From: Trichoplax sp. H2
Lineage: Eukaryota
Direction of reading: 5' to 3'
NCBI GenBank assembly: GCA_003344405.1
Contig: NOWV01000151.1
Coordinates: 1-64,000, forward strand
DNA length: 64,000 nucleotides
Positions 12,005-26,800 of the stretch are shown here, piece by piece. The notes under the pieces were generated by a model, which did not search any database, was not told where the DNA came from, and saw nothing but the letters and a program-made list of their open reading frames with translations. Numbering within the stretch: the stretch's first letter is position 1; the number at the start of each line of letters is the position of its first letter. A program made the translations under genes and the position numbers.

Positions 12005-15000
12005 TCTGTAAATTTTAGCTCGAAACTTTTTTTCTGATAGATATCATCGTTCCCCGAGGCGAACCAAATAATATATTGATATCCAATATGTTAACGTTAA
12101 ATTCGCAAGAATTTTCAGCGATGATTTAAAGTGCTACATAATCGATGAAGCAATTGCAAATAAGCAATTGCTACGCGTATAGGGCTATAAGTAGGATTTA
12201 TTATTGCTAACTCTATCGTTCTGTATTCTAGTTTCCTTAAGATTTTTAGAACTAAAGATTATATCTAGCAATATGTGTATGTAGATATTAAACGATAACT
12301 GAAATAGCCTAGTACTAATGGTTTTAAAGTATGGTACACTACTCAAAATTGTAGAATGTACTACGTACTGAAATCATTATCGATTTAGTTAACAATCAGT
12401 TTTCATGATTGATACTCTGTTTTCTTGATTATCGTTTTTGAAGCTATCATTCCAATAAGCTAATATCATCAGATTTATCTACTGGCATTTACTATTATTC
12501 TGTGATGGTTTCAATTAATAGTATGCAATGCCAATGAGTTCATAAGAGTAAATTAAAATATTATCCTAAAATTGTTTATTGAAAACCAAGCGTTAGCATG
12601 GAAATCGATTTAATTATCCAAGCTGATATTTGATATTCGTATATTGTATCTTATTACCAATGAACTTAACCTAGACTTGACATTTATAAATAACGACGAT
12701 CATTTATAAAGAATGTTTATTTAATACTATATAAAATTTCCCGTTTTTTTCAGAAATGTTCAATACTTTTTTTTATCAGCACTACCGAATTTATTGTCAA
12801 TCATCAATTAGCCAATATAGCCAATATTTCCTTTTTTTAGCAGCCCTGAGCAGAGACTTCCAAGAAAAATTTCTCATAGCAGTCTCTACTTCAACCATTC
12901 CCTGAAAGTACTATTAGCAAAAGGCAGAGATTAAGAATATATTACTAGTACAATATTTAACTTAATTACTGATAAATTGCCGTAGATCAGTTAATAGGCG
13001 TACTACCTATAATGATATGCTGTTGCATCTCCGAACGTTAAACCTACATCAATCAAATGCATGCTATTTGAGAGCTTCGAAGTTATTTCAAGAATTTGTC
13101 ATAAACTGACTTAGGCTATCTCTGAATATCTGTGTCTGAACATAGCTGCTTCACTCTAAATTGAAAAAGAATTGAACATAAGGGAGTAAAAGCGGCATAT
13201 TACAACAGAATTTAGAATACGATTTAAGCATATTAACACGTTTCTTGTTCCAGCCATATAATACTTGATTAAGACATAATTGGGCTTGAAGAACTGGTTC
13301 TAAAATGTTCGCCTGTTTTGGCCAACTAAGTAAGTTTGATGTATCATCAATTGGAACGATTGCTAGCGTAGCGGTAGATAAAATCTCATGTCCTATAATC
13401 GAATAAAACTATTTGCGAATTTTATTTTATTTATTGCATATACTTAGTTTATTATTAGTATCAAAGGTAACTTTAAATTACAATAAACAAGTAGTCCAAA
13501 ATATTTGACATTCATGGATGATCTCATCCGTAAATCTCTCACATTAATGATCAATCAAGTCTATGAATTAAAATGGATACGAAAGCTACATACTTTTGTC
13601 TATTTATGGTATATAAAATAAAGTCTACTTTAAATCATGATAGCTTTCTATTTCGAATCACCCATTCTTTCTTATTTCTTACTTCACAGTAACTTTACAA
13701 CCAAAGGAATAAATAACGATTTATTTTGTTGTACTTCAAGTAATGAATTTGTGCAAAGTACTAACGCCGACTGTTACTACAAAACTAGGAATCATCAAAA
13801 GAAAAAATTCATCCTTTATATTATGGTCGACAGATTGGGCTAATTATTAATTTCTTACTGGTACTTCCATTAAAAATGCATCCATAACTTGTAAATCAGC
13901 TAATACATGTTCAGCTCTGTACACGAGACGTTATACTATCATGATATTATGATTTCTTTGAGATCGACTAAATCTGCATGTGGGAAAACGGTAGCCGTGA
14001 TAGATTAAGGGTATTAAATAAGTGAGAAATCAGAGAGAAGGATAGCAACAGAGGGTTTAAAGAGGTTTTATTTGACCAGCGATCGCGCGTATTAAAAGAT
14101 TAGATGAACCGTGAGTTTAAGATACTAAAGTATTTGATGCACAATGCCAACGTAAAATGTTCAGGGTTTCGAATTACATTCCTTTATGGACCTTATTTTC
14201 TATCTGCAAGAATACTCAACAGTATCCCATAGCAGAACGGTTAAAATGTAATAAGAAATTTACGGATCTTTACTTACACTATTGCGTTATTAGAAATCAG
14301 GGCCATTGTAAATTAAGTCTATGAATAAAATGCACACTGTAATAGATCGAAGTTTACAGCTGGTAGAAAGGAGTCTAAATAACATGCTCTACCTCTCGTA
14401 ATAAGAGATATAAACCGCAATATTGACGATCAAGTTTTAATGAGAAGACCATAGCCGTCATACGTCATTGTAGATTTTAGAGCCAAATAATACTATTCTG
14501 TTTTCAGTCTCTGCCATTGGTTGACTACCGTACATGCATTTCCAGTAAATTATTATTGATAACCCATCTCTCCCTAATTGAATAAAGCCCATATATTTGA
14601 CAGTATGAAAATATGCATTATCTGCAGTCAAAACAGATATTACTTGGATATAAAATTACGAGTAAATAAGAAGCAGTTTTTGTAGTTACGAACAATCTAG
14701 ATTATACTCGTGTACATATCTTAAATCAAAATTAAGTGAAATAATAAAATACTCTAATTGATTAAAAACAATGTTACAGTTGCTTGCGATATCTGATCTA
14801 GACTAGTCCATAACATTTTCACAATGATGTTCCTGAGATAATTATAGTCTCATTTAACGCATTATTTGAAAGCTATGTACAATGCACAATTCTTCTATAT
14901 TGCTGCATTGTGACTAATTAATGTAAATACGGTATGATAGCTTTGCATCACTATTATTGATCGATACTTATACTCTATGTGCATCCTCTTCAATTCACTG

Positions 15001-17165
15001 TTACCACAGTTACTTTGAAGATATCTACATATTAGACATGAGAAAGGTTCGGCTCAGCTTTATCATCAAAAGTTATCTAGTAACAATTAGGATGCTTGCA
15101 TGCCAAATTCATGAATAGAATCCTTTATTTTCACAATATAACTTGATGTGGTAGGATCGCATGCCTTGTTATGCACTATTTCTAATTATCACGTGCCATC
15201 ATTGGATATGCTTTTTATTTTCGCTTTAGAAACGAGTATAAGCAGGTTAAGTAATAAAACAACAAAATTGTCATGGCAATAAAATAATATATATCGGAAA
15301 TAGGTACACTGCTGACGTTAGCTCTATCGAAATATACAAGTAAATTCAAAGCAGCAATTATCAGGATCTTCTTCGTAGTTAATAGTAGGAAATCTAATAT
15401 ATTATTTCTAACGTGCAGTATTACAAATGACAACTTAATATCTATACTGAACATGAACTGTACCCAATAGCATATCCGAATATTAAAATTATTGGTATAA
15501 AAGAATAAAATAAAAGAAAACAAAAATGCGTCCTTAAAAAAATCTCGCTTTTAATATATACTATTTAGCGCTACCGCAGGTACAAAAACAGTCAATCACT
15601 TGTGCACAAGAATCGATCATTGTCGATTCTAGGTAAAAAATTCTAACCATTGAAATAACTATACTAGGTAGTGATATAAATATAATATAGCACTATTTGC
15701 TTTAAACTCAGCTAGAAATAAATGACTAATCATAAATTTTATTATTAATTAATTACTTCGTAGAATTGTACTCAAGCATCCATGGTCCTTTAATGGCAAC
15801 TGGAAACTATATCGGAAAATATGAAATTTCCTTCTTAACAAATGGGCCTACGTATAAACTAATTTATTACATTTCATTAGAGAATATGGTCTCGAAAATA
15901 ATTAGTAAAGAAGAAAATATTAAATTCCGGTTGTTATGTGTGTTATACATATAGCAGTAAAGAATAAATATGTATGATAATAATACTGATACTACTTTTT
16001 AAAATATTTAGGTGCATTGTAAAAATTTGCAATTAACTCAAGACATTTTGTCGTCAAAATTTTTGATGATTAGAATTTTATATCAATGCAATAGTTTTTT
16101 GTGGCTAACATGACAAAGTGTTCAATCTTAGAAAACAATTGAATATATACAATTTACTAACCTAAAGTAAAGAACAATATATATCATATTATAATTCTTT
16201 TGAAAGGCTATTATACCGCTTGCACTTTATGAAATATAGCAGTAAGTAAAGTATTGATACTAGATCTTATATTGAGTTTTATAGTTGCTACAGCAATACA
16301 AATAAGAATTCGTAAAATTTACACTATGTCGTAGTAAAAGATGACTTATATACAGTAGGAATGCAAAGAATATGTAAAGTAGTTCTTTATTATTTTAGCA
16401 ACATATGCTACGTAAAGGTACTGTATCAACTGCTATTCCATAGCTAAAACGATCTTCTTAATGTTGTAATATAACTATTAATGGCGATAGTATCATGGAA
16501 ATAAAATTTAATAGCAAAAGAAATTAAATCAGAAATTAATGACATAAACTTTCTTTCATCGAATGAAATTTTGGTCTATATTAGTTTCTTGGTGACGAAT
16601 CCTATCCTCTCTATTGCATTCACAACTTTCATAACTTCTATTCTTCGGTAAATTTGATAATTAATGGTTACAGATCGCCAGAGTGTAACTGAAATTTTTT
16701 TAATTTAAAGTAATTAATGTTTATTGACTTCAATTTTGGGAAATTAATAACCAATTCAATAAAGGAGATCATTATTATTTAACTATTTTCCTCACAGGAC
16801 GTTTATTACTTGAACAAACGACCTGATCATAGAAAAGAAGATGCTCATCAAATAATACCGATTCGTAAGGCTTATATCTGAAAAAGAATCTATAGAATCA
16901 ACACATAATAGATATTTAGCAGTTAATTATCTGGTCAATACATTATTATAGGCTATTTTAAAATAATCATTATAAATCTATTTCAATCATCGTAATATTC
17001 ATAAACCTATTTATACTTTAAGTGTATTAGAACATCCTTTATTACTTATATGATATCATAAGTACAGCTATAAAGAGCGCCATCGAAGTGAACCTGATTC
17101 AGTATATTAAAGATTCAGCTACATTCATATTAATACTAGACATCTAGCAGTCCACATATTTAACC

Positions 17166-18224
17166 ATGCCTTTCTCGTTCCTACAAGATCATCACGCAGC
17201 TCGAATCATTGCCTGGTCTATTGGCATATTCGGTGTTTTAAGCAATCTTGCAATTTTATGGCGTAACAATAAATATAAATTCGTTAAAACTTTTAATAGC
17301 AATCCATTGGATAATCGCCGTAATCAACCTGCAAAGAAAGTGTCTACGATTATTAATTATTTAATCTGTCACTTGGCAACTGCTGATCTCCTAGGCGCCT
17401 CTTATCTAATTATTATTGCTTCTGCTGATCTTTACTATGGCTATCATCATCCAAATATGTTTCAAAATCCTAGTCCTGGAAATAGTACGAATCTCTGGCT
17501 TCTTAGTCCTTTTTGTCATCTTAGTCGTTTCTTAATTTTCTGTACTTCTATAGTATCTATTCTGATAACATTTGTGATTGCAATAGATCGCTTTATTACT
17601 GTTATTTTCCTCCGTTATAGATTACGATTAAATATCTTTCGTTGTCAAATGATCATTTTAGCATGTTGGCTTTTCAGTATAGGCTATGCTCTCATTCCAA
17701 CTATCCGTAATATTATTGTAATGCACCCGGTATCGAAGTATCGATTTGATATGGTTTCGAATCTTTGCCTATATCTCGATGTAGTACCATATTACTCCGC
17801 AGCTTACATCCTATCCAGGCAAATTATTTACTTTACGTTAATCGGACTGATTGCAATGATGTATCTATTAATTATAATTTATATTAAAGCTAGAGGACGC
17901 AATTTAGGATCTCGAAAGAACAGAGTTGAAAAAAGGATATTTCTTATTATGATCATTATAACTATCTCCAATATTTGCAGTCTCCTACCTTCATTCCTTG
18001 TGTTTACGCTAGCCCGAGATGAATCTTCCTTGGTCGCTATTCAATCTTTTCAGCGTACTTTCACAATATTCATAGTTGCTGTATTCGCAAATACTGCAAT
18101 CAATCCAATTGTATATTTTGCATTAACCACTTCAATTAAAAATAGAGCCCCTTTCTTGAGGTTTAGTACTAAAAAAAATAAGGTAAGACCTGTAAATAAA
18201 CCCGAAAATTTCAAGCCAAAATGA
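17166..18224 (+). CDS. GPCR array member 4
   Basis: 352-aa ORF, close paralog of member 3. Confidence 0.9.
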   Translation: MPFSFLQDHHAARIIAWSIGIFGVLSNLAILWRNNKYKFVKTFNSNPLDNRRNQPAKKVSTIINYLICHLATADLLGASYLIIIASADLYYGYHHPNMFQNPSPGNSTNLWLLSPFCHLSRFLIFCTSIVSILITFVIAIDRFITVIFLRYRLRLNIFRCQMIILACWLFSIGYALIPTIRNIIVMHPVSKYRFDMVSNLCLYLDVVPYYSAAYILSRQIIYFTLIGLIAMMYLLIIIYIKARGRNLGSRKNRVEKRIFLIMIIITISNICSLLPSFLVFTLARDESSLVAIQSFQRTFTIFIVAVFANTAINPIVYFALTTSIKNRAPFLRFSTKKNKVRPVNKPENFKPK

Positions 18225-21200
18225 AATATTTCAGCTATATGCCATCGTTTCTTGATGTACACCAAGTTCTATATTAATATTCAATATGTTAATTTATAAC
18301 TGGCATGGAATTTTACAGATGATTTACAATGCTGTGCAATCTTTGGAGCAACTGCAAATAAACAATTATCGTATTTCTGTATGCAGGATTGTTAGTTCTA
18401 ACTGTATTTATCTACGTTCTTGTTTCGCTAACATTTTTTTAGTACTTGAGACTATATCTTGCAGTGTATATAGATATTAAACTATAAATGAAACAGCCCA
18501 GTATTAAGAGACTTTGAAATACGTTGCTAAGAATTATGGAATGTACTAAGTAATCATTATTAATTTTAATAATTAGGTTTCATGGTTGTTGCTATGTTTT
18601 CTTGATATTATCTTTAAGCAATTATTCCAATAGCATAATATCATAAGTTTTCTGCCAGTATTTATTATCATTCTAAGATAATTTCCAATAGTATACAGTA
18701 CCAATGAGTTCGTAAGTACTTATCAAAATGCTAATCTGTGATTATTTATAATTGTCAAGGGTGTAAGGAAGTTGACTTAATTATTCAAGTTGGTCCCTGA
18801 TATACGTATTGTGTCTTATATTACCAATAAACTTTACGGAGGCTTAAAATTCAAAAATATTGACAATCAACAGTATAGATCGTTACTTTAATACTTTGCA
18901 ACTTAAAAATTGTTCTTTCTGAAATATTTGATAGTTTTGTCATTAGCGCTATCGAATTTTTTTGCTGAACATCCAATGGTCTACGTCTCCTTTTATTCAC
19001 CAATCTCAAGTAGAACTTTCTAGAGAATTTCTATTAGAAGTACCTGCTTCAGTCATACTCTAAAGGGACTATTGTAATTGCAATAGTCAGAGATTAAAAT
19101 ATTGTTCTGGTATAAATTTTAACTTAGTTATTGATAAATGGCCATTGATAAGTTAATACTGCAGTCATACTGTCTATAATAATATGCTGTTACATCTCCA
19201 AAATACCGATTCTACGCTGATCAAATACTTGTTATTTTAAAGCTCCTAAGGTTATTGAAGAATTTATTATAATCCTGCTTAAGCCATCTTAGAATTTCAG
19301 AGCCTTAACATACTAGTATTATTCTAAATTGAAAGCAATTAAACACATGGCGTAAAAAGCGGCATACACTAAAAGAATTTAGAATAAGATCTTAGAACAT
19401 TAACTCATTTCTCGTTCCAGTCAGGTAATAATTTGGTTGTAATAAAATTGAAAGCAGCTGGTTTTAAAATGATACACCTGTTTTGGCCTACTTAGGAAAT
19501 TTACTGTGCCATTGATAGGAAATTTCCTGCCGTAGTAATAAACAAAATTTTGTGTTATTACTCCGAATGAAACGGTGTACATATTTTATCTGATTAATTA
19601 AGTATATTATAGTTTTTCGTCGATATCGAAGGTAGCTTAAATTACAATTCACAAGCGGTTCATAATGTTTGACATATATGAATAACCTCATCCGTAAATC
19701 TCTAACATTAATAGCAGAAATTACTCAGTCTTTGGAATATTGGTGTTGAAGTAAGCCTGAATTAAAATGAATGCCAAAGCCAGTTACTTTCATCAACATA
19801 TAGGATATAATTAAGGTCTCTTTTAAATCCAAATACAGTTTCCTATTTATATTATCTATCATTTCTTAGCTTCCTACTTCACAATCACTACACATCTGAA
19901 TGAATAAATAACAAAGTACCCTAATGTACTTCTAGATGATAATGCTATTCAAAGTACAAACTCCGGTTGTAACATAGAATAACAAAAAGAAAATATTTTC
20001 ATAAATTATATCATGGTCGGCAGATTTGGCTAATTAATAATCTATTAATGTTTAAATTGGTAAAGTAAATATTCAATTATGTATACAGTACACAATAACC
20101 AACGAAAACATCCAACAGGTCAAGAAAAAAATATTCTATTACTGTTCCTGTAAAAATTTCTTCATTGATCAACTATCCATCCTAATCATTAAAAAATTAA
20201 CTTGACGGCTTTGAGCCCCAATATATGGAAAAGCAATTTCATAAAGGTTTGCTTATAAGCGATTAATGAAGTGTGATATAGTGTACATTAGGTGGCTAAC
20301 GTCAAATGCATAGTAAGAGAGTTTAAAATGGTGTTAATTATGTTCTCATCAGGTTTCTTTTTGAGTTCTTTTCTTGACTACTTTAAATATTTATAAATGT
20401 CTAGCATTAACTTTATTAATTCTACGGTATTCAACCGGAAACAACATTTTTTCCTAAACATACCAACATAAATCGTTTGTTTTTTGCAAAAAATGTTTTT
20501 AATTTTAAGAATATTATTAAAATTTCTCAACTTTCGTATGAATTAAAATCACCAATTTCTTTCTTCTCTCTTAGTTAGCAGCTAGCTCAATTTAAAAAAG
20601 TAAAGGTAGCGCAGAAAAACAAATAATAATCTTTATTAACACTATCACCACAGTTAAAGCCTCAAGTTACGCAAAATTTTCATCTATTTGTAGTTATTTT
20701 TATATATCGCTAACCCTCTTTTACAAATACATCAAATATCTATTTATTATATAATTTAAAAAACAATTTAAATTACTTCCAAAGTAATCGTTTATTAATT
20801 GATACTAAATACTAAACATTTTTGTTTATGGGTATTGAATAATTCAGCCACACCGCAGGCATATTTGAGTACATTGTTCATACAATGAAATAAATTCTAA
20901 ATTTTCTTCGATCAATGCTAAGCAAAACGAGTTCGGTCAGTTGAAATATTTAGAAATTTTTATTCGTCCGTAAAATATCTTACTTTAAGGAATTATCGGC
21001 GATTATTGAAAGAACTAGGTAAAATGTGATAGCGGTACAATCGAGTAGTGGACAATGTCAACTATCCAACTGGTCCTCTATTGTAGCTCTTGTATAATAT
21101 AAAGCAATGCTATATAACTGATTAAAAATTAATAAATACTTAGATAAGAAAATAATTGCTTTTACTAAATATTTTTCTTAGTTTTTCTATTACTCATTAT

Positions 21201-21789
21201 TATTTATAACCTTTAGACCTTACGTAAGCTGAAGACTTCCACATATTCGCCTAGTCTAATTCTCCTTACAAGCAGCACCTTCATTTAGAGAAAATATACT
21301 CATTTTCTTATTATATTACCAATACAACAGTTTGAAACAAGGCAATCGTGCAACATGGAGATCTTTATTAAGCGAGAATAATAGACTAACAGGCTTAAAT
21401 ATAATTTAAAGCAATTCAAGACTAAAAACATATACCAATCAAATATTAGTAAGATTCCAATTTATTAGTCCAAAAATACCTCTTCTAAAATATTTAAGCT
21501 TGATCTATGAACCGTATGAAAGTTAGCCACTAGATGGTTTATCAGATACCAATAAATAAGTCATCAAAAAAGCAGCGCTGTAATCAGGGTTGAAGTATTT
21601 AAAGCCACATAATACTGAACAGTGAAGCGTATAGTCATAGCAGTAAACTCGCGCTAATTTGATGTGATTGTTAGTATCGATAACAGTTATTTATTAATGT
21701 CTAGAATCTTCGCTTTTCTTTGATTTTTTGCATCTTGGGCATGATCAAGTTAAATCAATACGTAATAAGTTTATTTTAAACTTATATCA

Positions 21790-22736
21790 GCATACATCCA
21801 TTATTTCGGCATAAATTTTAGGACTAATTGGATTTATAGCCAATGTGGTCTACTCCTAACTGCTACAAAACGTTGTTATATGAATAGTAATGATGCTATT
21901 CTTAGCCGCCCTAAATGCAGACGAGTACATCCAACGGCTCGAATACTACTGATCAATCTAATGATCGTCGATTTTTTGGCGCAGTTTATCTTACCATTGT
22001 TGCTATTGCTACTACTGTTTACAACGTTCATCCTCACATCGGAGGGAATCATTCTCTACTAGATGGGGATGTCAACTGCAGTAATAGTCTTTTTGTCATG
22101 TTGTGGGCAATTAATCCATTTTGTAGCCTTGCTAGATTCCTTTACTTTCTCTCGATGACTACGTCAATTTTATTAATACTTTTAATAGCGATTGAACGGT
22201 ACTTGGTATTAATTCGATCGCTTCGGTCAACAACAGCAAATGTTAGTGGTTTTAAGATCATTTTAGTATTATGTTGGCTATTTTGTATCGCTAGAGCTCT
22301 CTATTCTACAATACGAGCTCTATTAATTTCACATCTGGTAAAAAATCAGACACAAATCAATTTAATGTTATGCTTACTGGCTGATACTGACATTTGAAAT
22401 ACGATATTTAAATATACTTAATGTAAGTATATTTTATGTTGGATTTATCCTGACCGTTATTATTCATACAGCATTATTGATCCGGCTACACCAAATTAAA
22501 GGCTTAGTTTAATATAATCAAGTAAAGTCGGAAATACCCTTAGCTAAGACACTCATTTATATAACTCTTAGCAATTTTATATCCATGATTCCAATTACTG
22601 TTATCATTATGTGCCACATATAGCGTTACCTATTATTATGAGTTCAACTTTTATGCACACCAGCCCAATTTATGTCGTATTCATGTATATCATCTCAATA
22701 GGCAATCCTCTAATCTATTTAAAGCCAACAAATTAA
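21790..22736 (+). pseudogene. Disabled GPCR paralog
   Basis: Fragments GLIGFIAN, ILLINLMIVDF/FGAVYLTIV (frameshift), WAINPFC, IERY, ITLSNFISMIP and GNPLIY, broken by stops and frameshifts. Confidence 0.85.
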
Positions 22737-23263
22737 ACGGAAAACATCGATACCAAGCCATTCGTATTAATTTTAAATAACGACAATAACGTATCCTGCA
22801 TGTTCAGATGCAAAATTTGTACGATATTAAATTACTAGCTGGTCTGCTACAACTACTATAGCCACATATAAAATCTATTAATGAATTATGTTTAGCATAG
22901 TTTTATATACGTACGCTTATTAAGTTTACGGCAACTGTATAATAGTCCAGCTAATGTTCTTAAATCTATCACTATTTTAAAATTATCTTCAACAGGCCAA
23001 TTCCATCATGACTTAGATATCATAAAATCAAACACTTTCTCTTTGGCTTTTTCATCCACCTTCATCTTTTATTTCCGTCAGAACTTGTACTCCTAATGAC
23101 GCACAGTACGAAACACAGTATGCGTATATTAAAGAATCTTTAAAAATTTTTTAAATTTGTCCTTTGTAGCAATGACTCTTATACTTCATCGCCAGTCAGC
23201 TAATCTAATGGAGGTATATTGTGTTATTATATTGGACATTAGTAATCCTAAAAATTAACGGAG

Positions 23264-23864
23264 TGTGACAGAGTACAGACTCCGTAAATTAATCGTAGCG
23301 TTAGTTTTAGTAACAAAGATTTTAATAGTTTGTTAATAACCTTTATTTATTAGGTACTCGTTAATGGTAATTTTATTAGTAGTCTAGTCATACTTGTTGT
23401 AGACTCTGAGCAGAATAGTGTACTTACAGAGGTGACAACTAATATTCACACATAGTAATTTCTGTTACTTTGTTGCGAGCCTTTGATTGTTAATTGGCTC
23501 TTAATTAGTTCGTAACTCATTAGTGTTGTTTACGCCGTCTGCCATGCTGAACCATATAAGACAGCCGGCTATACAAAACTTTATATTTTTAGGGTTATTC
23601 ACCTAAGCTGTGTACAGAGTGCAGCCGAACTAGGGTATATAAAGCCCGGTGCTCTCATTAATTAGTTAGTCGACGATTGACCGTGTAGTGCACGCGTGTA
23701 GTTAGAGTAGTCTTGGATGTCAAGACTACCCTGGTTTAATAACCTAATTTAAAAGCCTAAGTCTAGTCTACTCTTAGCCCGTTGGGGCACATTTGGCTAT
23801 TGTAGCCTTAGTATTTATGCAAATTCAAAGACTCAGGATTTCTTGTCGTGAGCTGAACACGACA
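23264..23864 (+). mobile_element. Solo LTR (~601 bp), TSD CGGAG/CCGAG (1 mismatch)
   Basis: TGTGAC...ACGACA ends. The 5' end (gag...ctccgt) resembles the 9160 LTR. Internal gggtatataaagc. Confidence 0.65.
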
Positions 23865-26800
23865 CCGAGCAATGTCGAAAAGTTTTCAAACGCGTTAAGT
23901 AATGAATAAAATGAAATATGCTTAATTTACTTCACTCTATACTGTATAAAGCTTTTAAAGCAATAATCTTAACAAATCCTGCAAACACGGATAAAAATCA
24001 CGTGTATGCTGACATTTAAATTTACCAGAATAATTCTAAAACTATCATTTAACTACATTTTAATACTAAATTATTTTATCATTTGCACTTCAATTAAATT
24101 ATAGAAATTAATACAGTATCATACTCGAATAAGGTCCAATCACATAATTAGATAAAAATAATATAAAAATCTGTTCTTATTATATCATTAGTAGCTAGAA
24201 TTTCAGTAATTCGTTACAGTTTTACTCTAAATATTAATAATAATATTTTATTGTCGCCTTTTTGGATTCATAAGCTCAATGCTATCTCGATTAGAAATCA
24301 CGATAGAAAAGTTAAAACCAAAGCCATTTTTGTTGTTACTAGCGTCTATGCTTAACTCCCTCATTGAAATATTCTTGGCTATTTTCTTGAGTAATCTATT
24401 TGACTAATCTGTATTTAGGATTTCTATAGTTAGATTTTAATTTCACCATCTACTTCTGGTCTTGCAGTTATGAAGAAAACTGACTAATCAAAACATCATA
24501 CATTGAAGATAGAGGATGAACTTTGGCATATTTATTCTCAGGATATAGATGAATTCATTTTCGACTAAAATTTGTCTCATTAAACAGAATTTATTTTTCT
24601 AACTTTTTACTTTCAAATATTTTCGCTGCCATGAATTAATGGACAATGAACAGAATTAGAATATTCTGTACCTAAATTAATCTCTTACTGAGATCTAAAA
24701 GAGTTTAAAATCATATATTAACCGATTTTTAACTCAAACATTTTCTTGCTTATAGAAAGTATGATCTTTACAACCGCGCTTTAGATTTACAGATCACATT
24801 AAAATACTTCGGTAAAATATTGATTAGTAAATAATTTCATAGAATTTTCTATTATTACGAAGAATAATTCTTAATTTACCAATTTTGGGTCAAATCACAC
24901 CTCATAATTCAGTTAACAACAATCATGCTATAAGCACGTTCTTAAATTTCATCACACTGTTATAAATGAGCCCTGCCGAAAAGTATCTTAAATCACGATT
25001 CAATTTATCATTTACTGTTGATACATAACAATTTTAGAAGTATCAACATAAATCTTCATTAGGTCTGAGAACAAAAATAGTATTCATAAATTATCAAAAT
25101 ATATAATACTAAATAGTTATAGTCGTTGACATTCTCATTATCATGTTATGGAATCAAATCATTTTAATTCTTACAATATTAAATCATCAAAACTACTAGC
25201 CAAGTTACAATAAATGGATGTTAAAGGCTCTAGATCGATATGAAAGAGTAAAGAATATTATAACGGTCTTATGATGACCTTCGTAGCTGAACCTAGAAAT
25301 AGAGTCTATTAAATACTACGGACCTATTTTTTAACACAAACTGGGATGTAGGTGCTGCATAATTTCAACATACAGGAATTTAGGCAAAATAAAATCTTCC
25401 AATTTACAAAATAACCTATGAAAGATATTTATAGAATATAGCTATAAATAATACGCGCAAGAAAGTTTTATTCTTAGATTGGCTTCTGCAAACATCTTAT
25501 TGAAATGTAAATGATATATTTTGTTGAACACCGAATTAAACCCAGCATTTAAGTACTTATCATTCTTCATCATATATTGCTGTATCATATTGTTACCATA
25601 TCACTTACTAAAGTGGATGCAGTATGTATTTGTTTACCAATGTCATGCACATATGTTATAACAATTAATCGATAATTTAATAGCTCCAATATAGTACATC
25701 AGTAATAATACTACTCTCGATAATAAAATGTTTCAATTTTGGGCTGATGGAATTCTTTCCCTTGATTGAAGATTTTATTACGATACTGATTTCACTGTTA
25801 CAGTAAATAAGATCGACCATTTCTATCCTAATTTGATTGATAATCAATATCTACTAACAACTACTGGAAAATACAAATGAAAGATGCCCATAGTCTTAAA
25901 ACTATTAGCCTGCACATATAATTGATGAGTGATTTGCAATTAAGATATACGACTATTATTATGTCATTGTGTGATACAAAATAGCAATTTTTCGTAGCAG
26001 CATAAGCACGTACGCATTGGGAATATTTTTGTTGCGACACACTTGTATATTAGTAAATTGTCCATTGCAGCGTTCAGTAGTAATGATTTGGTTACAGTGT
26101 AAAAATTTTATGGCAAATTTTTAACTATCATTTTAAGCTTATCGGTGATTAATATTTCGGATCACATTAATCACTCTTTTAACTAATCCATTTAAATATA
26201 TTTCACACGAATACAAATTCATGCCTGCTGACACAACCAATACGTATTGTTTATTGACATTAATTGTACGTATAGGCGCTGTAGTTGCACGAAATTATAG
26301 ACAGAACGTATAAAAGCGAGTAAGTTTTCATAGTAAAATGAGTTCGTCAATCAATCGTTTACGCATAAAGAGACGATCTATATTGTTTCTGTCGTGAAAC
26401 TTAATAAAGAAATTTATAGTTTTGACGGAGAAGTGATCATAATAAGCTGTTTGAGATAGGAGAAGATCCAGGAATATCTCCGATTTATCTTTGTCACAAT
26501 ACCTAATTACTATCCAGGCATAAACTGACGTGATTGCAGCTGGAGGTCAAAATAGTCATTTTAAATGACTTTTATTGCATTACAGAATAGAAATTTGTGA
26601 ACAAAGTGTGTTTGCAGGGATTATAAATTCGTAACATATTTACCCTAAACTGCGTAGAAATTGTTAAAGGGTTAAGGCAGTTATTAAACTTTCCCTTGAA
26701 ATTTCACTCTATCATTTCTATTCTGTTCTAATTGTGTATTGAATACTTTTTGCTTATACATTAAAAATACGTTTAAGTACTAAAATCAATTTGCTTAATT

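Larger units (their letters stand above)
10080..20040 (+). repeat. Older tandem duplication units (~6.2-kb period) carrying GPCR members 3 and 4
   Basis: ~10080-13850 aligns to ~16330-20040 (e.g. catcgaagt..ctgattcagtatattaaagat and atggtcg.cagatt.ggctaatta). ~14160-14780 and ~15760-16300 align to the flanks of members 1 and 2. Confidence 0.85.
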
